A stretch of 64,000 nucleotides of DNA, from positions 496,001 through 560,000 of the forward strand of contig NW_020846941.1 of assembly GCF_003704095.1 (NCBI RefSeq), written 5' to 3'. The notes under the pieces were generated by a model. It did not search any database, was not told the DNA's origin, and saw nothing but the letters and a program-made list of their open reading frames with translations. A program made the position numbers and the translations under genes. The DNA is from Pocillopora damicornis (taxonomy: Eukaryota). Below are positions 50,607-64,000 of the stretch, one piece after another. Positions within the stretch are counted from its first letter, which is position 1; every line of letters begins with the position of its first letter.

Positions 50607-50795
50607 AACAAATAGAGAAGCCTTGGCTGTGCTCTGTTCTGTTATAAAGCACTTAGGAAGCGGCTAGAGTACTCAAGAAGTGGGGAGAAACACTCGACTA
50701 CGTCTCGTGTTTCTCCCTACACTTCTTTCGTGCTCTAGCCGCTTCCTGCGAGCTTTATAACAGAACAGAGCACAGCCAAGGCTTCTCTATTTGTT
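50607..50795. repeat. 189-bp near-perfect palindrome, likely the terminus of a repeat element starting near 49590
   Basis: AACAAATAGAGAAGCCTTGGCTGTGCTCTGTTCTGTTATAAAGC... pairs with ...GCTTTATAACAGAACAGAGCACAGCCAAGGCTTCTCTATTTGTT. Apex CTCGACTACGTCTCG. Confidence 0.9.
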
Positions 50796-50801
50796 AATTA
50801 A

Positions 50802-51592
50802 GGCCTAGTTCAAACGTCGATCATTACATGTACCGAACCTAACGTTTCTATTAAGTACATGTAAAGATCGACGTTTGAATCAATTAGGATCGGCAGATTT
50901 GTATTCGGATCGACAGTGCCGTTCTATCCGACTCGGCTAGTCGGCTAGTCGGATAGAACGGTAAAAGATCGGCATTGATTCATACGTCGTACTTTACATG
51001 TACCGAACTTAATGCATACATTATACATACGTTAAAATAATTATGTTTTACCCACAATTCAAGAAAGTTCGCTTACGTGCCATGCGCGAAAGCCTTCGAA
51101 CCATTCAAACAATATGGCGGGAAAGGAGGAAGGCTCGTGCTCCTCTTGTTTTAAATTGATAATTGTTGCAAACATTTTCCCACCAGCCAGAATTTCTTTT
51201 CAGTCGACGACACGAACGAACTGGACGAGGAACTGTGATGTTCCTTTGGGAAATAAGCAATAATAGAAGGCAAGCCAAATTCAAAACTCGTCTTCTCCTG
51301 GCAGCAAGGTTGTTTAATGCTAACTGCATCTTGAGTCGCCTTTTTCTACCCTCCTTAATCGCATTTGCAAGAAAAACACGCTCTTCATTTCCACAAGTTG
51401 TGCTTCCCGCATTTTTTTCCGCCATTTTGGTAGGCATTAACCGCTGACTACCATGGAGTTATGTTCAGTTTTGCAATTAGGATCGACTAAATTCGGATCG
51501 ACGTTTGAATCAACTGCCGCTCTTAATTATTCGAGTCGACCCAAATTGCAATTAGGTTCGGTACATGTAAAGATCGACGTTTGAACTAGGCC
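50802..51592. mobile_element. Internally deleted PIF/Harbinger DNA transposon
   Basis: About 41-bp TIRs GGCCTAGTTCAAACGTCGATC.TTACATGTACCGAACCTAA and a TAA target-site duplication (50799-50801 / 51593-51595). Minus ORF 51105-51437 ends in RSCRRLKRNSGWWENV, resembling a Harbinger transposase N-terminus. Confidence 0.85.
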
Positions 51593-53258
51593 TAAGACTG
51601 GCCTATGAAGAGAGGAGTTGAAAAGAGAAATTTGCAGTTCATGACGATTCTGTTTACTGTCTGCGATCTGACGGCTTTAATCCAAAAGATTTTGCCAATT
51701 ATTAGCAGTTTTGGCATTTACCGCTCATCTTATCAGGCTTAATAAAAGCTCTAACTTAGGCAGAAGCGATAAAAACAACTTACTTGAAAAGGGAAATAAC
51801 GACTCGCAGGCAGTATGGCTTAATGGCAGATAAACTTCCTTACAATGCTCGAATTGCTGTCCTCAATTTCACTGGTCTTAGCCTGTCACAGTTCAGCGAA
51901 TTTAGTTCCTTTTTATAGCAGTCAAAATTTGTTTTACCAAACGGAAAAAAGTGAAATATCTGTAACTAACCTCAACTCCGCTGAAAAATTTCCCCCAAAC
52001 ATCAAACTTTGTTCGCGCACGTTAGTACACTATCGCTGTGGAAGATTAATATATTCTAACCAAAGATCGCGTCTTCCTCGTCGAAACTGAGGAACTTTTC
52101 GGCCTTGGAGTAACCGAAAGTTTCAGCCTTTCCTTTCTATCTTCTAAAACTCTGAATTTTTCTTTATCTTTTCTGCGCGGGGAAGGCCTTGCCGTCCTTC
52201 TGCCGATTTTAAAGGCCATCTGAGGGGCCAATAAATTTATATTGATCCATTGTCAAATTAAAAACAAAAACGCTCTGAAGTTTGCAATAAACACAGCTGT
52301 GGAAAGTTATTTCTAGCAGCTGCGAGGAAGAGCCGGGACATTCGAACTCATCGAATATTTCTTTTTCTAGGTTTTTCTTCTGGAAAAAAACCTGTGAAAA
52401 AAACTCGGAATCTTAGGTTTTCTTATCAAATGCGGTTTCCCATTTTTGGAGATTTGGTTTTCCATGTTCAGACTAAGAACTTGGTTTCGTCCTCATTTCT
52501 TCGATTACTTTTGATATTTTCGATCGAATTTCATTCTCGGTTTTTGGTTTTGAGATAGATTTTAACCAGTTTTTCGAGTTTTGATGGGCTTCTTTTGACC
52601 ATCCATTTCTCCCATCAGAAAGGACACCGGTAAGGACGTAGCAAAACAAAAGAACAAATGGGAAAAACGAAAGTTCAGCATATGCGTTTTTAAGACCGAG
52701 TACATTTCTTAGACATCCCCTCCAAAACATCAACGTGAAATCACCAAAATTTGCGTCCTCTACAAACTGAAACTGCGACGGCAAATAAGTTTAATTTTCA
52801 TTTGAAACTAAAAGCTGAGTGACGCCGAAAGAGACGCCAACCACATGCAACCGTCTGCAAAATTCTAACTAAAAATAGAAATTCATTTTTTAATCGACGT
52901 TTTCCTCAGCGTTATCGTCCTGACTGCTTAAAATCGATGATGATTTTTCCAAATCGGTAAATATTAATTGACAGCTCAGAGCTGACTTACATTGTCGACA
53001 TTCATCGATTTATGTTACTAAACTGGATTCTCTCGTTTTTATCGACTGCCCACCGTGGGAGAGTAACTAAGGAACCCTCCACTAATCTATCGCTCTGTAA
53101 ACGACGTCGTTCACTTCCCTTAACCCCGCACAACCCTAAGTAATTTCTGACGCTCTTTTCACTTCGAAAAAAAGAGAAATTTCACTGAGTTTTTCAAGCA
53201 ATTAATGTGTTCGCGATACCTCGAGTCACTACGACAGCGCCCATTTTTAAAACTTGTA

Positions 53259-53332
53259 CTGGAGCGCGCAAGAACTGGAGCGAGGTCTGGAGCGAGGTCT
53301 GGAGCGAAGTCTGGAGCGAAGTCTGGAGCGAG
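53259..53332. repeat. 12-bp minisatellite CTGGAGCGA(G/A)GT
   Basis: About five tandem copies plus one upstream variant. Confidence 0.9.
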
Positions 53333-53475
53333 TTTAAGAGATAATTCAAGTCATTCGCACAGTGAGAACTCCTTCAATATTTCTTAATTTTGCAAGTGTT
53401 ACACCCAATGAAAGCCGGGAGGTGTAGAGTGCATTTATCCTAAAGTTCTTAACCGTAGTGATATTACAATATAAG

Positions 53476-53637
53476 TTGGTTTTATCAACCGAGTTCATAA
53501 TGTAAATTTGTCACCGTAAGGATTTTCTAAAACCGACGTTTCGAGCACTAGCCTTCTGTCGCCCTGACGAAGGGCTAAAACTCGTAACATTAGCTTAAGA
53601 AACTCTCTACGAGGTCAACTCAATTGATAAAGCCAAA
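53476..53637. mobile_element. Short palindromic repeat element with degenerate hammerhead-like cores
   Basis: Inverted ends TTGGTTTTATCAA / TTGATAAAGCCAA. The centre GACGTTTCGAGCACTAGCCTTC..CTGACGAAGGGCTAAAACTCGTAACATTAG gives opposed CUGANGA/GAAAC-like cores. Confidence 0.6.
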
Positions 53638-54017
53638 TTAATCTTCCTTTTAATCGTTTTCAATCAACCGTGTGGAGAGACAAGACAAGATATTCTTTCT
53701 GCATACGAAACACAGATCTCGCGGAAATAACATTAAGTCACTTTATGCTGATGAAAACGGGGATTAAGCAGTAGTAGTCTAGTCGCTTTTGCCTCGAAGA
53801 CTTTCCTGACAGCCCCAACTTCAGCCATTTACTTTTTCGTTTTAATTCTGAGCCCGATCTTTAATCAATCTCGGAGACTGGCTGCTCATTGAGCCGTGTC
53901 TTCGATCCTTTCAAGCCTTTGGGTGAGAGGGGAAGGGTTACTTCCCGATGAACATCTCTAATAGCCGAAGAATGTTTTCAAAAAGGACACAAGCACTTGT
54001 CTCTAGAGTTGTTATTT

Positions 54018-54023
54018 TTTATT
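54018..54023 (-). terminator. RPS14 polyadenylation signal AATAAA
   Basis: TTTATT on the plus strand about 25 nt downstream of the RPS14 stop codon. Confidence 0.7.
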
Positions 54024-54047
54024 TCACCGCTTGTCACAGGCGCAAAT

Positions 54048-58808
<4,761 letters not shown>

Positions 58809-58949
58809 ACTATGGAAATCAAAAGAAAAATAACAGCATAGTGCTGTTCATGAATAATGAAGATATCATTTTATTATGTAATAGACACCGATGATTCAAA
58901 GTTTCGGGCGAGATTGAGAAGATTGTGACACAAATCTCCTAAGACAAAC

Positions 58950-58978
58950 CTGTGTTGATCACAGAGAAATAGAAGAGG
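58950..58978 (-). promoter_or_regulatory. RPS14 non-coding exon 1 with TCT initiator / 5'TOP pyrimidine tract
   Basis: Minus strand reads CCTCTTCTATTTCTCTGTGATCAACACAG|GTTTGT. The acceptor lies 1 nt before the ATG at 58808. A pyrimidine start is typical of ribosomal protein genes. Confidence 0.75.
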
Positions 58979-59127
58979 ACGAGACCATGATGCGTTGCAC
59001 TGAAGCAAACATACTGCGCATACTCTTTGAAGGGAATCCGCTGCATTGTGACAAACGAGGGAGTTTACAAAAATTCATAAGAGATTCACAGGTAGTATTG
59101 AGTTTTTACTTTCACTTTTAATTTACT
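58979..59127. promoter_or_regulatory. Compact bidirectional promoter region RPS14 / ATAD1
   Basis: The inferred RPS14 TSS (about 58978, minus) and the ATAD1 ATG (59128, plus) are about 150 bp apart, head-to-head. Confidence 0.7.
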
Positions 59128-62100
59128 ATGCCTGATAATCGAGCAAGGTACGTAGCTACAGTTATACAAGCATTTATTCTTGGTGCTGTAACGTATTACG
59201 GTGTTAAATGGTTAATGGACGCCATGGATCCCACGAAAAAAAACCGCTTAGCTGCGCAAAAGCAGGTAATGATTGTTCACTTAAATGCCGGTAAATATCA
59301 GTGTTGTTATCGATTTTTCAAAGATTTATTCAAGGAACCCGGCGGTAGATATACTTTTGTTTTGAAGTGATGAAATGTGTGCTCGAATTAGTGTAAAATT
59401 TGTGACCGTAGCGTTTGATTCGGAATTTGTCTTTCATTTATTGATGGCAAGATTTCATGTCGATTGTATTATATTGGGAATAATTTCTAGCGAATTCATG
59501 CACGTGGGTTAGATTTCTAGCTTCTGGGAAACAGCGATCAGTTAAGTTTAGAAAATAACTTTACAACCACGTGTACTTTAAGGCCGGTCCTGATGAGCTC
59601 AGGCTTGTAATCTGCGGTGTGCACTATCATAAAGCACCATTTCCGCTCGCAGCAGAATGCTAACTCACATGACTCAACTCTCATAGACTTCATGGCCTTG
59701 GGTGGCTTGGTTAAGGTAATAAAATTGAGTTCTGACCAGTTTTCATGCCACCTTTTTCATTGAGCCCTCTGCTTGTCTTATCAGTAACCATCGTTTCAGG
59801 ATCTCTGTCTCAGGAATGAGACAACATACCAGAGTTTGATTCACCTACTGGTGTAAGATCCCTCTACCTGACTCACTTGAGTCTATGTGTACTTATTAGC
59901 TCTCATCAATTGCCATCTTCCACAGTTATTTATCTTGACTTTTACTCTTAATGAGAATTTATATCATTATTGGGAGAATAATAATTTCAAGTCACCTCTT
60001 GTTGTGGCATAAAATATACTTCTGAAAGATTGAAGTGGATAACATGTGCAAAAGTTTTTTCTACTTTTTATGTGATATCTTGGAATAAAAAATTACAAAA
60101 AAATTATCCTCTCTCTATATAAGACAGTTGTTCATCACCAAGGTATACAGTCCATATTAAAATGTATCTCACATTGATGTGACATTTTGTATGGAGAGAC
60201 CCTTTTCATGTGAAAAATGCAAATATGCTGCACTAAGACAAGGTACATGTACATTGTAGGTATATTTTGTAAATTTTCTCTTGACTTAAAAACTGTTTTC
60301 TTTCAGGCGCAAAAGCTCTTAAAGAAAATTGGTATTGAAGGGGTAAAGGTAATGTTAATCAATATCAACCTTGTACATGTATGACAAACTTTCACCTATT
60401 TTGCTACAAAATGGTAACATTGTCTGACAGGTTTGTTTCACCTTTTGTCACACAGTGTCTGTTTAGATACATTTTTGAGAACTTTTATAAAAAATGAACT
60501 TATTCTACAATTTTGAATTATATATTTTTGAGAGTTGTTATTATTATTTTTAATTGATGGTTTATATTTTCATGTCATGTTAAGTTGGTGTAAGTGATAC
60601 TCTTGAAATCAGTGATAGACTTGTTACTGTGACAAAAAAATGTCCTTAGTTTTATAACCAGAGGTGATAACATCATTATTGCATTTCCTATTCGCTATAG
60701 TTAAGTGAATATGAACTCACAGTAGCAGCAGATATTGTGGATCCTTTAATTCTACCAATCACATGGAAGGACATTGGAGGTCTTCAAGAAACAATTGAGG
60801 AAATCAAGGTAAGAACAATGGTTTGGTGTTAGTGATTGGATGACCCTTTTCAGTATATTATTATTCTTGTACATGTTATCCTACTGGTTTAACCCTTTCA
60901 TTTCTATTATTTGAAAGACAATGTCTTTCCTTGTCTTGCAATTCTTTTCTCTTAACTTTAGTCTAAGGAGTTGGAGTGGAATTAAACAATGCTATATATT
61001 TAAGTTCACATGGCAACCAAGTGGACAATAAAAAATGGTTTGATACTACTCTGGTTTAAAGATTTAATGAATGTAACCAAGAAGTTACAATTCCTAGACC
61101 CAATGTTTCGACACTCCTGTCTAGCATCTTCATCAGGGGTGATCTAAATGCTACAACAAGAGGTCTTTTTATACGCTCACTAATTAGCTGCCCCTTTTTC
61201 TGACAAGAGTAAATAGGCATTGGGAAGTAAGCCACCATCATCACAATTTAAAGGAGCACGAGCAGAGTTGATATGCCAGGCTTCCAAACAAAGGCGCTAG
61301 TGGTAATGCCGATTAGTGGTGATAATTTTAGACTTATTGCACCCAATTGTATGGTTGGTTAGACATGTGTGCTGCGATAAAGCTGAATTTTCTTTTTTGC
61401 AAAAGAAGACCGCTTTTTGATGCTCTTTCAAATGTGTACCAAACTGACATTTGGTCTGTCCCATATACTTGTTATCATAGTCATTGCACGGAATAGAATA
61501 TATAGTGTTGGTTCATTTTTCTTTTGTGACAGGATCCTTAGGTTTGGCAAAAATATGCCCCAAAGTCTGAAAAGTTTTTTGAGCAACTTTAAGAAGTGTT
61601 GAAACATTGGGTCTTGTTACATTCTGTCGTTGTTATTCTTTCTTATCCTCAGCTTCCTGACTGAAAATGTCTTTAATATATTCTAGGAAGTATATGCTTA
61701 GTAACTACAGAAGTGAAAAGTTTAAGCAATATTGTAACCATTCTAATCAGTGATGTATTGTCAAATGACTTTTGCTATTGTCTTGTCTGAAATGGTTTCT
61801 TTTTGTTTCATTGCTTTCACTGCTTTCTTACAATCTTAATTAACTAATAACAATTTATTGTGTACACTCAAAAAAGGTTTTTTCAATCCTTCACCTGTTG
61901 TGTTATGTATCAATTTTATTTTCATACAGGAATCAGTTATTTTCCCAATACAACAAAGGGATATTTTCAAAAATTCTTCTCTTCTTAGTGCTCCTAAAGG
62001 TATGGAAAAGGAACTGTGTTAGTTTATAAAGTGTCTATGGAAAGTGATCTATTATTAGTTGTAAAATGAAAGCAATGATTTTCATGTAATTGTGTTTGTT

Positions 62101-63897
62101 AAGAAAAGTTTTTTTTCACCTTGTACTATTCAATGTAGGAAACTGTTTTGTAGACATTACATTTAAGGGAAACTCAAACTAAAGGGCGCTTTCTTCTCTC
62201 TTTGTGTAGGTGTTTTATTACATGGTCCTCCAGGATGTGGAAAAACAATGATAGCCAAGGCAACTGCAAAAGAAGCAGGTAAGACACTAAACTTTATTTC
62301 TAATTAATATATTGTGATTTAATTAAAAATGTCTGAATAACCTTGATTACAGAGTAATGTACTTGTCCATGCAGATGAGGTATTTTGAAAATGATTTTTA
62401 TCAATTGAAAGTGAATTGTTTTGTTTCAATTTAGGTTGTCGATTTATCAACCTTCAAGTGTCCTCTTTGACTGACAAATGGTATGGAGAATCACAGAAAC
62501 TCGCTGCCGCTGTCTTTTCACTGGTAAGGCAATTAGGTGTTTTTCCAATAAGACCATTCAAAAGAACAAGCTTAGTCTTGTAGAAAATTCTTGCCTCCAG
62601 TTCTTTCCTCTGTAAAAAGTGCCATCTTGGCTCACTGACCAAGCTGAAATTTACAATGCAGTAGAAGACAAAAATTTACCCTCTGATAATACTTGAGCCC
62701 AGTTGCTAGCTAAGTGAAGAGACGAGACCTCAAAGGGGTAATATTACCTTGCAGAGGTTGTTGTTCAAATATTTTATTCTTGCTTTTAAGGTTTTCAAAC
62801 CAGAAAAATCTTATCATAAATTTCTCAACAAAAAATTAACCTGTGATGTTCATCCCCACTGAAAAGTATACATTTAAGCAACAGCTGACCCTTTTTTGTG
62901 TACGACTTGAAGAAATTGTATGGCATTTTTCAGTGTTCTCTCTTATTTTAAGCATGACTGGTAAGATAAATTTCAAACTGGTAGTCAAAAGGGCAATCCT
63001 TTTATCTGTTGAATTTTCAAGAATTTCAAGGAATTTTAGGTGATAATTACTGGTGGTTAGAGTCTCTACCAGTCAGTAAATTTTACTGATTACCGCCCAA
63101 AAAGGAGAACACTATTTTTATGGTCATCACATGATTATAAGGAAAATGTTTTGATTAATATATTCCATGGCTTTATTTGCAGGCTGTCAAACTACAACCT
63201 TGTATTATATTTATTGATGAGATAGGTATGATGTAAGAGATTTATATTAAAGAAAAGCTATGGAAGAGTACAGTCATGAGTTTCTCTTTGTATCACTAAT
63301 GAAACTGAATTTCAGATTCTCTTGAGTAATAAACCCTTTCAGTCCCAAGATCTCACTAGTAATCCTCTTCACTGTCTGCCATATATTTCTTCTAATATCA
63401 GCTCTGAAAAATTAGTGTTTGATGTAGTGTATTGATTATACATGTACCTATCTTAATTATTGACAACAACCTTAGTATGGGTTCTAAGGTGAGCACTTTG
63501 TACTTAATTCAGTAAATGTACTACTCGCAGTAATCCTACTGTACTGGAAATACCTGCATGCTGTAAAATTACTATAAGTCAGTAAACTCTTATACTTGTA
63601 TATGTGTAATGTGTTTGTCAGTAAAGTTTAGTTAGCCTTTGGCAATGAAGAAGGAATAGTCTCTCTATGTCTGAATGACGACACTACATTTGATTAATGA
63701 ATAACCCCCTTTGGGGAGCCAAAGAGTGGCAGCTTGGAGCAATGTCTGTTCTCTTCTTGGTGCATGGAAACTTAATTGTTGCCTCTAATTTGGCCATAAT
63801 TTGATTTTTTTAACAGACTCCTTTCTTAGGATGCGTGACAAGAGTGATCACGAGGCCACAGCAATGATGAAGGCACAGTTTATGAGCCTGTGGGATG
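59128..63897 (+). CDS. ATAD1: ATAD1/Msp1 (outer mitochondrial membrane AAA+ dislocase), 3'-partial
   Basis: Exons 59128-59265, 60307-60348, 60701-60808, 61930-61999, 62210-62278, 62435-62523, 63183-63225, 63817-63897. N-terminal TM anchor followed by MDPTKK, then LSEYEL, WKDIGGL, Walker A GPPGCGKT, pore loop [11 protein letters not shown], Walker B IIFIDEID and [18 protein letters not shown]. Confidence 0.95.
61060..61625 (-). mobile_element. 5'-truncated Penelope-like retroelement (GIY-YIG endonuclease remnant, pLTR with hammerhead-like core) in an ATAD1 intron
   Basis: Minus frame about 61575-61210: [41 protein letters not shown]...SALSQH...[11 protein letters not shown]...[13 protein letters not shown], with two stops. 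Downstream ACCC-CTGATGA-A-GATGCT..AGTGTC-GAAAC-ATT-GGGT (61098-61140). An inverted partial copy of that end lies at about 61595-61625. Confidence 0.85.
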
Positions 63898-64000
63898 GTA
63901 ATCTTAAGCTCACCATGTTATTCCCAATCTAATTAGAATTGTTTCTCTAAACTTCTCATCTACTTCTTATCTTGCTCAAATGATTTTATCTTATGGGTTG

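Noticed and set aside
53205-53387. ORF with ARSG/AKSG repeats
   Set aside because: Explained by a 12-bp minisatellite.

Overview
Eukaryotic, intron-rich, AT-rich genomic DNA. The repeat content (TTAA-CCCTTT MITEs, tRNA-derived SINEs, long palindromic repeats) looks like a stony coral, probably a pocilloporid; this is inference. Three protein-coding genes are present. (1) A giant secreted MAM-repeat protein gene on the minus strand: ATG at 42107, 60 coding exons and about 4,500 codons in the window, continuing beyond position 1. It has 24 MAM domains in 8 triplets separated by Pro/Thr linkers, then a trefoil (P-type) domain. Two MAM domains are split at the same loop by inserted binding modules: fibronectin type II plus a WSC-like domain in MAM1, and a ricin-B/beta-trefoil lectin in MAM7. 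(2) A complete RPS14 gene (minus strand) with a 5'TOP first exon, a candidate intronic C/D snoRNA complementary to 18S rRNA, and a degenerate paralog of that snoRNA. (3) The 5' part of ATAD1/Msp1 (plus strand), head-to-head with RPS14 about 150 bp away. Introns and the 42-54 kb intergenic region hold L2/CR1 fragments, a Penelope-like element with a hammerhead-like motif, an internally deleted Harbinger transposon, MITEs, SINE relics, long palindromes and tandem duplications. There is a 10-N assembly gap at 37824-37833. All exon boundaries were read by eye and no database searches were run.
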